Source: Raja brachyura (Eukaryota). Taken from it: a stretch of 64,000 bases of DNA. A program made the position numbers and the translations under genes. The stretch lies in assembly GCA_963514005.1 (NCBI GenBank), contig OY740795.1, positions 372,001-436,000 on the forward strand. The letters are read 5' to 3'. Position 1 is the stretch's first letter. Each line of letters begins with the position of its first letter. Below are positions 38,293-51,332 of this stretch, one piece after another. The notes under the pieces are model-generated. The model ran no database searches, was not told the origin of the DNA, and saw only the letters and a program-made list of their open reading frames with translations.

Positions 38293-39975
38293 ATCCTTAG
38301 ACTGTGACCCCTTGTTCTGGACTCCCCCCAACATCGGGAATAATCTTCCAGCATCTAGCTTGTCCAACCACTTAAGCATTTTGTAAGTTTCTATAAGATC
38401 CCGCCTCAATCTTCTAAATTCCAGCGAGTACAAGCCGAGTCTATCCAATCTTTCCTCATATGAAAGTCCTGACATCCCAGGAATCAGTCTGGGGAATCTT
38501 CTCTGTACCCCCTCTATGGCAAGGATGTCTTTCCTCAGATTTGGAGACCAAAACTGTACGCAATACTCCAGGTGTGGCCTCACCAAAACCCTGTACAAAA
38601 CCCTGTACAAGCAGTAGAACCTCCCTGCTCCTATACTCGAATCCTTTCGCTATGAATGCGAACACTCCATTTGCTTTCTTCACTGCCTGCTGCACCTGAA
38701 TGCCTACTTTCAATGACGGGTGTACCATGACACCCAGGTCTCGTTGCATCTCCCCTTTTCCTAATCTGCCACAATTTAGATAATAGTCTACCCTCATGTT
38801 TTTGCCACCAAAGTGGATAACTTCACATTTATCCACATTATACTGCATCTGCCATGCATCTACCCATTCACTCAGACTATCCAAATCACCCTGCAGCCTC
38901 CTAGCATCTTCCTCACACCTAACTATACCCCCCAGCTTGGTGTCATATGCAAATTTGGAGATGTTGCATTCAATTCCCTCGTCCAAATCATTAATGTTTA
39001 TTGTAAATAGCTGAGGTCCCAGCACTGAGCCTTGCGGTACCCCACTACTCACTGCCTGCATTCTGAAAAGGACCCGTTTACTCCTACCCTTTGCTTCCTG
39101 TCTGCCAGCCAGTTCTCTATCCACATCAATATTGAACCACCAATACCGTGTGCTTTATGTTTATGTACTAATCGCTTATGTGGGACCTTGTCGAAAGCCT
39201 TCTGGAAGCCCAGATATAACACATCCACTGCTTTTCCCTGATCCACTCTACTAGTTATATCTTCGAAAAATTCTATAAGATTCGTCAGACATGATTTACC
39301 TTTTGTAAATCAATGCTGACTTTATCCAATGATTTCACCACTTTCCAAATGCGCTGCCATCCCATCTTTGATAACTGACTCTAACAGTTTCCCCACTACC
39401 GATGTTAGACTAACTGGTCTGTAATTCCCCGCTTTCTCTCTCCCTCCTTTTTTTTTGAAAGTGGGGTTACATTAGCTATCTTCCAATACTCAGGAACTAT
39501 TCCAGAATCTAAAGAGTTTTGAAAAATTATCACTAATGCATCCACTATTTCTGTGGCTACCTCCTTGAGCACACTTGGATGCAGAATGTCTGGCTCTGGG
39601 GATTTATCGGCCTTTATCCCGTTCAATTTACCCAACACCACTTCCCGGCTAACCTGGATTTCACTCAGATCCGCCATCTTATTTGACCTCCGGTCCACTG
39701 CTATTTCCGGCAGATTATTTATGTCTTCCTTAGTGAAGCCAGAACCAAAGTAGTTATTCAATTGGTCGGCCATGTCCTTGTTCCCATGATCAATTCACCT
39801 GCTGGATTCTGAATTTCTCCAAGTTCTCTGGTAGGCTGTTTTTTTTGGCCAATTTGTGTGCCTCATCTTTAGTTGTTATACTATCCCTGATTCCCTCGTT
39901 ATCCACGGATGCACCACCTTCCCTGATTTATTCTTTTGCCAAACTGGTATGAACAATTTTTGTACTTCATCCATT
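38293..39975 (-). mobile_element. Second CR1 copy of the same family, fused in inverted orientation to the previous element
   Basis: RT ORFs 38212-38610, 38456-39124 and 39405-39773; lacks the 3'UTR and tail. Confidence 0.9.
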
Positions 39976-40580
39976 TTTAAGCTAACCGGTCGGGTGTCGC
40001 TCCTCCCTCTCCTTCTCTTCCAACGGCTCCTGTTGGCCTCTGAAAAGACAAGCCTATGGTTTGTTTACAAGCCGGACAACACGTTGCATAGTTAGCATAT
40101 TCTAAAACATGATTTGTGGGACATTGTTAGCTTATATTTTCTTTGACTTTGGAGCTATATTTTGAATGTGAATCTCAATATTAATTTGACTCTGAAACCC
40201 CTGGCTGCCTGAACCTGTCGGGATTATCGTAATGTTAGCCGTTGGCCGCAATAATGTTCATGTATTTTACGTAAGTATATAATTTTAAATGTTAGTGAGC
40301 TGCTGACTGTTCGCGTGGTAGTGGTGACGCTGAAACCACACAGAGTGAACGGTGCGCGGTTCATTAGTGTTTCCGCTGGAGACAGAATAATACCGACATA
40401 TCCCCTGATCACGAACGGAATCCAGGCAGCAACGGTCTGTGCGCAGAATGCTGATCACCAGACTACTCGATATACTGCTGCAACTCATGGAAATTCCAAA
40501 CCTATTTTGCCGGCTAGCTGTGGTTAAAGTTCAACAATCATCGAGCTGCACTCGTTATCAACACAATTCACACATTTTGT

Positions 40581-41225
40581 CGGCACAGTGGCGCAGCGGC
40601 TGCCTCAAAGCTTCAGAGACCCGGGATCAATCATAAAGTCGGGTGATAGAAACATAGAAACATAGAAACTAGGTGCAGGAGTAGGCCGTCGGCCCTTCGA
40701 GCCTACACCGCCATTCAATATGATCATGGCTGATCATCCAACTCTGTATCCCGTACCTGCCTTCTCTCCATACCCTCTGATCCCCTTAGCCACAAGGGCC
40801 ACATCTAACTCCCTCTTAAATATAGCCAATTAACTGGCCTCAGCCACCCTCTGTGGCAGAGAGTTCCAGAGACCCACCACTCTCTGTGTGAAAAAAATCC
40901 TTCTCATCTCGGTCCTAAAGGATTTCCCCCTTATCCTTAAGCTGTGACCCCTTGTCCTGGACCTCCCCAACATCGGGAACAATCGGGATGTTGAGAGTAA
41001 TTTTCCCGTCTCGCTGTGACCGTGTCGGTATCGTCCCGGTGCTCTGATTTCCTCCCGTATCCCAAATACGTGTGATTCTTTTAGGTTAATTGGCCTCTGT
41101 AAACATGCAACAAGTGTGTAAGGAATAGGTGGAAAAGTGGAATAACATGGAACGGAAGAGATCGGGTCATCGATGCTCGGCGTGGAGTCGGTGGGATGAG
41201 ATCCGCAGTAATGAATTTCATAGGC
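40581..41225 (+). mobile_element. V-SINE interrupted by a minus-strand CR1 3' fragment (~40646-40985)
   Basis: SINE head ggcacagtggcgcagcgg..gtcgggtg, then a CR1 (catagaaa)n tail and 3'UTR, then the SINE core resumes (cccggtgctctgatttcctccc). Confidence 0.75.
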
Positions 41226-42145
41226 CAAAACATGGCAGACGAAGGGGAGTGGAACTGGAAACATTGATTGAAAATGGCTCCTTGCACATCCTTCTGGCTT
41301 TGTTTGTAATTTACTTCATATGGAAGTCACGTGCATTTTTCAATGAAAATATGAAAACATCGTAATAACTCCCTTTTTCTCGACACTGCCGAAGTGACTG
41401 CAAAACTGTCCACTGTCACTTGTCTTTGGACGGATGACTTTAATACCGTGGCGATTTTTTTAGAATCATGGCATCATGGAGTCCTAAAGCGTGAAAACAC
41501 ACCTTTCGACTCAAATTGTCCACACTGGCCAACATGTTCCATCTACATTAGTCCTACCTGCATGCGTTTTGCCCATATCCCCCAACATCTGTTCTACCCA
41601 TGTATATATCACCGTTCCTCTTAAACTTTGCGATTGTGGCTGCCTTAACTACTACCTCCGGCAGCTCGTTCCATCCGCCAGGCCCCTTTTCTATGAAAAA
41701 GTTACCCTTCAGGTCTCTATTAAATCTTCCTCCCCACTCAACTTAAATCTATGTTCCCTGTTTCTCGATCCCCCCTAATCTGGCCAAGAGACTATGTGAG
41801 TTTACCCGATCTATTCCATTTGTGAATATGCACATTATTATTGTTTCGTTTAACAATCTCAGGATTCGCACCTTCACTACAGGTTACCAGAACAATAATG
41901 CCTTCCTCAACCACGGTTGATTCTAGCGGATGCGATCACTCTCGAGTAAAGCTGGATACAGATTACATGTATTTCAATTGGCTGAGACACCGCTGCCCAC
42001 CCACATCTCTCTGACTCTATAACTGGGGCCACAGGACCGTGACAGAGAACATCCAGAGACCAGCAGGCGTTCTTTGATTGGGAAAACGCTCCAGTTTGCG
42101 TCCCTTCAAGTTTGGAACTCAGCTAGTACAGAGTGAACGGGTAAA

Positions 42146-42615
42146 ATGCGTTTCTTCGGCATCTGTGTTGTGTGGGGAGCGTTTCTAACAGGTAATTCTG
42201 GATTAAAATGTTCAGTTCCCCTCGCTCTCCTCTGTCAGGCTTTGGCATGAGTTGTTCAATCTCATGGCCTTCTGTGTCTGTTCTTATCTCAATATATTTA
42301 TTTTACAGTCACGATTCACGGCGAATCTGTCACACAGCCACTGCCCTCGGCGACGAAGACAAAAGGAGAAGCGGTGACTTTAACCTGTAACTATGATACC
42401 ACATGGACTGCATATACTTTATTCTGGTACCGACAATATCCAGGCATGCAGCCCGAATTTACAATGTGGAGAGACACCAACGAATATGAAGAAAAGGCCC
42501 AATACGCTGATACACGTTTCTCTATTGAGCTCAATCCCGCGACTAAGTTCACAAGCTTGAGCATCTCAGGGCTGGATCTCAGCGACTCTGCAGTCTATTA
42601 CTGCGCACTGAGGCG
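42146..42615 (+). CDS. TCR alpha/delta-type V gene segment V5 (leader 42146-42191, V exon 42309-42615), apparently intact
   Basis: Leader MRFFGICVVWGAFLT g|gtaatt; acceptor ttttacag|tc. Exon TIHGESVTQPLPSATKTKGEAVTLTCNYDTTWTAYTLFWYRQYPGMQPEF..RFSIEL..TSLSISGLDLSDSAVYYCALR. Confidence 0.93.
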
Positions 42616-42653
42616 CACAGTGATGGAAATAAGTTAAGCCCCTTACAAAAACA
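42616..42653 (+). promoter_or_regulatory. Recombination signal sequence of V5 (22-nt spacer)
   Basis: CACAGTG - atggaaataagttaagcccctt (22 nt) - ACAAAAACA. Confidence 0.92.
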
Positions 42654-43543
42654 TCGCCTTTGTCTTGCCCTCTGCTCCGCTGATGCGGTTGGATGTGCCT
42701 GCTTTCATGTACTCTCTCTGTTGTCGGTTGCTTTCATTCTGTGCAGGTGTCCTGGTAGTTTTATTATTTCCAACAGCGAGCTGCTTCTCCAGAATCCGGT
42801 TCCATATCATTAGCCGCTAGCCGCAGAGAATTACATGAGCTCTTACAACACTTGGCAGCGGGATAGGAAATGTGACCAGAGATCTGAAACATTTGTTCTG
42901 TTTCACTCTCTCACGGACCTGGATAACATGTTTAATAAACTGCATAATTTTCTGTTTTAATTATAGAACGGAGGGTGTCACTGGATGGAGGATGGTCTGT
43001 CCCGGAATTGGCAGAATTACGTTAACCACTTCCACTTAACCGACACCCTGACAGGTGGTATTTGACCTTCACTAATAGCAGCAAAATCGTCAGTGACGCG
43101 GGAAGAATAGGAAGTCTATAAACCAAAATATACTACCGCAAATGCAGCGGTAATGCAGATGAATAGTTCCTATTCGGCCCTGCTGAGTAATCCAGATCTG
43201 AGTGGCCGGATATATCACTGGACACCAGATGTATAGTTACAGCAACCGCTAAAGTAAATCCCCTGATGGACATTCACGTGACGGCAGTAAAATTAAACAC
43301 ACACGCCTGGCGCCTTTCCAATGGGCGACTGCACAAATGTGCAAATACCATAATGCAATAATCACTGTTTTTGCTCAAAGAACCGGTAGTAAATTTCTTC
43401 TCTGCATCGCTATAGTCCGGGACTTCCTCCACAATGGCAACATGACAATGCCTTCACTAGAAGGTTGTTTCAGATCAAGCTCTACTATACTCACTCGAGG
43501 AAGTACGCCATTAGGATCGATTGAGCAGACTAGGACTAAATTA

Positions 43544-44162
43544 GGCGGCGTATTGTCGTAGCGGTAGAGTTGCTCAAACCCCTGTCTCACGGTGCGAGTT
43601 GGCCCACTAGTGACCCCGAGTTTTCACTCGTGGTGATCACGTACAGCCAACGTAACGGGAACATCGGAACTCGCGCGATCAACGTGTCCACTCGTGGCGC
43701 TAACGGCAGGTACCTGTGAAACTTGTGAACTCGTGAAAAAAGTCAAACATGTTTGACTTTTTCTATGAGTCAAATTTCTTGTTCAAGTTTAAAATTGAAA
43801 CATTTAAACTCAGAGTTATATCGCAGTGGCCCGTGCGTTAAGTTTAGTGATTCGTGCGTCTACCGTGGGAACTCTTTAATAGACACAAAATGCTGGAGTT
43901 CTACAGTTTCAGAGAACCGGGTTAGAACCTGAGTACGGCGCGGTCAGGAACGATTTTGCAAGTTCTCCCTATGACTGCCTGGGACTTATCCGGGTGCTCT
44001 GGTTTCCTCCCAGATTCGAAATACGTATAGAAATATAATTTATTTTTAACATCTGTAAACTGTAACTTGTTTCTAGCTTGTAGTATATTGCTAACGTTGT
44101 TGATCGTTGGTAAGCGCGGATTCTGTGGGACGAAGGGCCTGTTTTCACGGCGGATCTCTGAT
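43544..44162 (+). mobile_element. V-SINE interrupted by a MITE-like insertion (~43579-43880)
   Basis: SINE head ggcggcgtattgtcgtagcggtagagttgct breaks at 43575 and resumes near 43905; the insert begins cccctgtctcac and contains a 26-bp perfect palindrome. Confidence 0.6.
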
Positions 44163-44351
44163 AACTTATTCTGAAAACCTATTTCCTTCGGCGCAAGAGG
44201 CTGAGTATCTACGCTCTCATAGGTAGATGTTTATGCTTCCAGCGGAATGTGTAATTTATTTAATTGGCGGACTGAACGTCATGTTATCTCACATTAATTC
44301 CTCGTGTACAGTGCTTCTTCTAGAATTGGGTGGCATTACCCCTTCTTTAGC

Positions 44352-47300
44352 CATATAACATATAACCATATAACAATGACAGCACGAAAGGGCCCTCTCG
44401 TTCCTTCCAGTCTGTGCCTAACAATTATTTTCCCCTTGTCCCATCTACCTGCACTCAGACCATACCCCTCCATTCCCTTCCCGTCCATATACCTGTCCAC
44501 TTTACTTTTAAATGTTAAAATCGATCCTGCCTCCACCACTTCTACTGGAAGCTCATTCAACACAGCCACCACTCTCTGAGTAAAGAAGATCCCCCTCATG
44601 TTACCCCTAAACTTCTGTTCCTTAATTCTCATGTCATGCCCTCTTGTTTGAATCTTCCCTACCCTCAATGGGAAAGGCTTATCCACGTCAACTCTGTCTA
44701 TCCCTTTCATCATTTAAAGACCTCAATCAAGTCCCCCCTTAACCTTCTGCCCTCCAAAGTATAAAGACCTAACTTGTTCACCCTCTCTCTGTAACTTAGT
44801 TGCTGGAACCCAGGCAACATTCTAGTAAATCTCCTCTGTACTCTGTCTATTTTGTTGACATCCTTCCTATAATTAGGCGACCAAAATTGTAAACCACACT
44901 CCAGAATTGGTCTCACCAATGCCTTGCACAATTTTAACATTACTTCCCTACTCCTATATTCAATGTTCTGATTTATAAAGGCCAGCACATCAAAAGCTTT
45001 CTTTACCACCCTATCTACATGCGATTCCACCTTTAGGGAACTATGCGCAGTTATTCCTAGATCCCTCTGTTCCATAGCATTCCTCAATTCGCTATCATTT
45101 ACCATGTACGTCCTATTTTGATTTTTCTGCCAAGATGTAGCACCTCACACTTATCAGCATTAAACGCCATCTGCCATCTTTCAGCCCACTCTTATAAATG
45201 GCCCAAAACTCTCTGTAGACTTTGAAAATCTACTTCATTATCCACAACACCACCTATCTTTGTATCATCTGCATACTTACTTATCCAATTTTCCACCCAA
45301 TCATCCAGATCATTGATGTACATGACAAACAGCAGTGGACCCAACACAGATCCCTGAGGCACCCCACTGGTCACCGGCTTTCAACCTGACAAACAGCCAT
45401 CCACCATTATTATCTGGCATCTCCCATTCAGCCACTGTTGAATCCATCTTGATACTCCGCCATTAACACCCAAAGATTGAACCTTCTTAACCAACCTTCC
45501 ATGGGGAACCTTGTCAAAGGCCTCACTGAAATCCATATAGACAACATTTACTGCTTTACACTCATCAATTTCCCTAGTAACCTCTTCAAAAAATTCTAGA
45601 AGGTTTGTCAAACATGACCTTCCAGGCACAAATCCACGTTGACCGTTCCTGATCAGACCCTGTTTATCCAAATGCTTATATATATTATCTCTAAGTATCC
45701 TTTCCATTAATTTGCCCACCACTGACGTCAAACTACCAGGTCTATAATTGTTAGGTTTATTCTTTGAACCCATTATAAACAATGGAACAATATGTGCAGT
45801 ACGCCAATCCTCCGGCACTATTCCCGTTTCTAATGACAGTTGAAATATTCCTGTCATAGCCCCTACTATTTCTACACTAACTTCCCTCAATGTCCTGGGG
45901 AATATCCTGTCAGAACCTGGAGACTTATCCACTTTTATATTTTTCAAAAGTGTCAGTACTTCCTCCTCTTTGAATCTCATAGTTTCCATAGCTACTCTAC
46001 TTTTTTCTCTTACCTCACAGAGTTCAATATCCTTCTCCTTGGTGAATACCGAGGAAAATAAATGTGTCAATATATCCCCCATCTACTTTGGCTCTGCAGA
46101 TAACTGTCCATTCTGGCTTTCTAATGGTCCAATTTTATCCCTCGTTATCCTTTTGCTATTAATATAGCTGCAGAAACCCTTTGGATTTACCTTCACATTT
46201 CTTGCCAAAGCAACCTCATATCTTCTTTTAGCTTTTCTAATTTATTTCTTAAGATTCGTTTTACACTCCTTATACTCCTCTAGCACCTCATTTACTCCAT
46301 GCCTCCTATAATTATTGTAGATGTCTCTCTTTTTTCCAACCAAGTGTCCAATTTCACTTGAAAACCATGGCTCTTTCCAATTTTTACTATCTCCTTTCAA
46401 CCGAACAGGGACATAAAGATTCTGTACTCTTACAATTTCCCCTTTAAATGTCCTCCATTTCTCTTCTACATCCATCCCATAAAACAAAATGTTCCAATTC
46501 ACTCATTTTAAATCCTTACGCATTCCCTCAAAGTTAGCCTTTCTCCAATCAAAAATCTCAACCCTAGGTCCAATTCTGACTCTCTCCATAATTACATTGA
46601 AACTAATGGTATTGCGATCACTGGTCCCGAAGTGATCACCAACGCATACCTCCGTCACCTGACCTGCCTTATTTCCTAACAGGAGGTCCAGCACTGCCCC
46701 TTCTCTGGTCGATTCCTCTATGTATTGCTGCAAAAACTATCATGCACACATTTTACAAACTCCAAACCATCCAGCCCATTTACAGAAAGTGTTTCGCAGT
46801 CTATTTTTGGAAAATTAAAATCTCCCACAATCACTACCTTGTGCTTGCTACTAATATCTGCTATGTCCTTACATATTTGCTCTTGCAATTCTCGCTGCCC
46901 ATTTGGCGGTCTATAATACACCCCTAAAAGTGTTGCTATACCGTTCCCACTTCTCAGTTCCACCCAAATAGCCTCCCTAGCCGAGCACTCTAATCTATCC
47001 TGCCAAAGCACTACTGTAATATCTTCTCTGACAAGCAATGCATGACCTCCACCTCTGGTCTCTCCAATTCTAAACAACAAAATCCTGCAATATTTAGATT
47101 TCAATCACAACCCTCCTGCAACCATGTTTCGCTGATTGCCACAACATCATATTTCCAGGTGTCAATCCAGGATATAAGTTCATCCACCTTTCTTACAATG
47201 CTCCTAGCATTAAAATATACATATTTTAGAAACCCACCATCCCTTATTCTCTGTTAATTATATTTTTCCTCTTTCTCGTCTACATTTTGGGTCCGAGTGC

Positions 47301-48670
47301 TTCCCTTCTCTGCCTCTTGCCCCTCACCCCGTCCCCTAGCCCCCTCTACGCGAGTCCCTCCCCCCAGCCTTTCTAGTTTAAAGTCTCCTTTGCAAATCTC
47401 CCCGCCAGGATATTGGTCCCCCTCGGGTTCAAGTGCAACCCGTCCTTTTTATGCAGATCATGCCTTCCCCCAGAAGAGGTCCCAGTGATCATGAAACGTG
47501 AATCCCTGCCCACTGCACTAGTCCCTCAGCCACCCATTTATCCTCCACCTCATTCCATTCCTACTCTCACTATAACGTGGCACAGGCAGTAATCCTGACA
47601 TTGTTACTCTTCTGGACCTTTTCCTTAACTTTCCCCCCAACTCCCTAAATTCTCCTTTCAGGACCTCTTCCCTTTTTCTGCCTATGTCATTGGTACCTAT
47701 GTGTACCACAACATCAGGCTCCTCTCCCTCCCTTTTCAGAATCTTTTGGACACGTTCCGGCACATCCGAGACCCTAGCACCAGGGAGGCAAACTACCATC
47801 CGGGTCTCCCGACTGCGTCCACAGAATCGCCCATCTGAGCCCCTAACTATGGAGTCCCCTATTACAATTGCCCTCCTGTTTTTGCTACCCTTATGAGCAT
47901 CAGGGCCGGTCTCTGTGCCGGAGGCCCGGCCGCTGTTGCTGCCCCCAGGTAGGCTATCCCCTCCATCGTACTCAAACATGAGTACCTATTTTCCAGGTGT
48001 ACAGCCACCGGGGTACTCACTAGTCCCTGCCTCTGCCCCTTGCCCTTCCTAACAGTGACCCACTTGTCTGCCTCCCGTGGTCTGGGAGTGACCACCTCCC
48101 TGTAACTCCTGTCTGTGACCTCCTCACGCTCCCTGACCAGATGGAGGTCCTCTAGCTGCTGCTCCAGGTTCCTAACACAGTGCCTTAGGATCCCCATCTC
48201 GACACACCTGGCGCAGATGTGGACGTCTGGGGAGTTATCAGATTCCCTGACCTCCCACATCTGACATCCAGAACAGTACACTGCTTTGGCCTTCATACTC
48301 CCCCCTTACACAGGATACAATATCAGCACAATACAAAGTACAATTCCCCACTTACCCTGGATACAATACGAAATACATTACACTACAAACTGCTGGAATC
48401 TGACTGCCAATCAGCTGCTTTCTCTAATCCACTTCCCACCAATCAACGGCTTCCTAAAAAAAAACCTTATCTGAATGGAACGTTAGTGATTGTGCCTCCT
48501 CCTCCCTCTTCCAACGGCTCCTGTGGGCCTCTGTGGGAGCAAGCCCTGCGCTGGGTTTTTATACTCACCAGCCGGGTGTCGCTCCTCCTCCCTCTTCCAA
48601 CGGCTCCTATGGGCCTCTGTGGGACCAAGCCCCGCGCTGGGTTTTTATACTCACCAGCCGGGTGTCGCAA
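44352..48670 (-). mobile_element. Full-length but decayed CR1 LINE of a second family (ORF1 esterase, EN, RT; 5' tandem monomers)
   Basis: ORF1 remnants (CSGCQMWE..CARC; IGDSIVR; HIGTND), EN (VGDFNFP, GTSDRN), RT ([16 protein letters not shown]), (catataac)n tail; many stops and frameshifts. Confidence 0.92.
48496..48667. repeat. Two tandem ~86-bp units at the CR1 5' end
   Basis: ctcctcctccctcttccaacggctcct..gggtttttatactcaccagccgggtgtcg repeated at 48496 and 48582. Confidence 0.85.
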
Positions 48671-50017
48671 CTCGTCCCGTCTTTGTCAAACATTGATCGG
48701 AGAGAGATGGACCCCACTCGTCCATTCGCTCGACAGATGCGGCCTGACCCGCTGATTTCTTTCAGTTCTCTTTTTTGATCAATATTTAACCACCGTTCCT
48801 TTATACATGGAAAACGTGGGGGTCACCATTCGAACTGACCTCTGCGTGGTCAGCTATCGGAACTGTCTGTAGTTCAGGGTGGGAGGCAGAGTAGGGCGTC
48901 GGTGGTTGTGCAGACGTTTCCATGTACAACGCACATGCTCAGTCTGAACAGTCGCCCACTAAAGCTCACTGTTCATTGTTTTGATCGCGAGTGGCGCATC
49001 CGTGAGGGTTGCTGGCTCTTGGAACCAAAGCCCCGCGTTCGGTTCAGACCTCCGGTGCTGTTTGTCCGACGATTACACTTTCTCCCCGAGATCACTCGCG
49101 TGTCTTCCAGGTGAGCCGGATTACTCCCACATCCTAAAAAGATGAATGTCTGGAGGTTAATTGCCCTTTGTAAATCGCCCGCATTATGCAGGGAGGTGAT
49201 GAGAGAATGGATTAAGAAACGATCCCGTGAACGCGAATTTGATGGTCAGCATGGTCACGGTGGGCAGAAGAGCCTGCTTTAAACCTACATATTTCAATGA
49301 TTAATTGATATCGGCACGACTGGAGCTCCCACAGCTTCACAATCCCACATAACCCCGGAATACACTGAGTGAAGAAGGATTCAGATCCGACACGTCGCAT
49401 GGCCGTTCCCGCCGCAGCAGTTGCGTGACCGGCTGCGTTACTCAAACACATTGTTATTTAATCTTGTTCTCTGACGTGTTCCCAATATTGTACGGAAAGT
49501 GTAATCCCATTCATTACTGATGAATGACGGGAAACCGCAATACCGATATGTGATTTGATTTTCTCTAAACGAATAATCTAGCAATGTGTGCATCTCCGGA
49601 TTGATTCTGGTTTAAATGAAAGCAAAATGTCAATTTATCTCTTGCTCTCTGTCACCCTGTTGTTAGTACAGATTCATGTTCCATTTCGTAATTATTTCAA
49701 TCATCATTCTGCAGTATTATTTTCTGTGTTGTGTTTATAATCGTAACAACCATGGATTGTTGCATGATACTTTTTATTAACCTTTTTCATTTTAGTGCTA
49801 ATTAGACTCTTTGTAAACATGATGTGAAATATCTCTCGTTGAGACATGGACCACAAGAAACCAAATCGAACCCCAGCAAAACCTGACGTTCGACAACAGA
49901 GAGCCTTCAGAATGGTGGAATAATTACGACCACCATTTGAATTCGTTGGTGCATGTCTCTGCTTCTCACCGCAATATCTTCTTTCATTCTTTCCCAGTAA
50001 ACCTGATGTCGATTGCA

Positions 50018-50267
50018 GCCACGGTGGCGCAGCGGTAGAGTTGCTGCCTTACAGCCCTTGCAGTGCCAGTGACCAGGGTTCGATCCCGACTACGGGTGCT
50101 GTCTGTATGGAGTTTGTACGTTCTCCCCGTGACCGCGTGCGTTTTGTCAGAGATCCTCGGTTTCCTCCCACACTCGAAAGGCATACAGATTTTTAGGTGC
50201 GGGGATCGCACGGACTTGATGGGCCAAAGCACCTGTTTCCTTGCTGTATGTCTAAACAAAACTAAAC
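50018..50267 (+). mobile_element. V-SINE inserted in the GPCR exon
   Basis: cacggtggcgcagcggtagagttgctgcc..gggttcgatcccgactacggg..taaacaaaactaaac. Confidence 0.88.
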
Positions 50268-51332
50268 TTAAGCGGTAGGAAGTGTGGTCTCTCCAAAATG
50301 CATCACGTGTTGCCTGTTGGCCATGGCGACGGCGGACTTCTCCGTGAACGTGTGCGAAGCGATGCTACATATATTTGGTGACTTCTGTTGGCGAGGGTTT
50401 GACGTGCTCTACAATCTAGTGTGCAGATTAATTCTCTTTCTTACTCATCTAGCTATCGACTGTTCTATTTGGTTCACGGTCGCTTTCACCTTTTGATCGA
50501 TTTGTGGCCATTCGCACTTACAAACTCAAAACACGCTACTGCACCGTGAAAACCACGGTTATGTGTGTAGTGACACTGCGCGCGTTCTCCTGTTCAAGAA
50601 TGTCCCCTGGCAATTTGCAGTTAAGTCTTATTCTATGTAATTGGGGATTGTCTCGATGATGCCATGTGACAATCCACCAATATCTGAAAGAGAGTGAATT
50701 ATTAGGTGTTGAAATATCAGTAAAATATATTGAAGAGTCCATTCGATCTTTAAAAAATGGAAGGCCTCAGGCCCATATGGCTTAAACACTGAATTTTATT
50801 TTAAAAATCATGGCCTGATTTCTCCTCGCCTATACACATTATATAATTACGCCTTTACTCAAAAGAAACTGTCAGAAACTTTCAAAGAATCAACAAAAAC
50901 ACTTATACCGAAAACGGATATAAGGGCCTTGAGAACCCAGGTTCATATTGAGCAATTGCTCTCTTAAATACTGATCAGAAAATATTAACGAAAATGTTAG
51001 CCCATAGATTAAGTTTAATGATTCATAAATTAATATATCCCTATCAAACAGGTTTTCTTCCAAAACATTATTTATTTTATAATCTGAGACGGTTATTTAA
51101 AATTATATATTCAAAAAGAATCGGTAATGTAGATTTAGCAGTCATCTCGTTAAATGCTGAAAAAGCATTTGATCAGGTGGTTGGCCCTATTTATTTTCCG
51201 TGGTGGAACATTTTCAAATGGGTGAGAAGTTGTGCAGATGGGTTAAGCTTTTATATACAGCTAGAATATTGACAAACCAAATGTTATCACCTAAATTTAA
51301 TTTATCTATAGGTGGGAGACAACGATGTCCGT

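Noticed and set aside
48496-48667. CRISPR-like or prokaryotic repeat array
   Set aside because: Two direct units without spacers inside a vertebrate LINE 5'UTR; nothing in the window looks prokaryotic.
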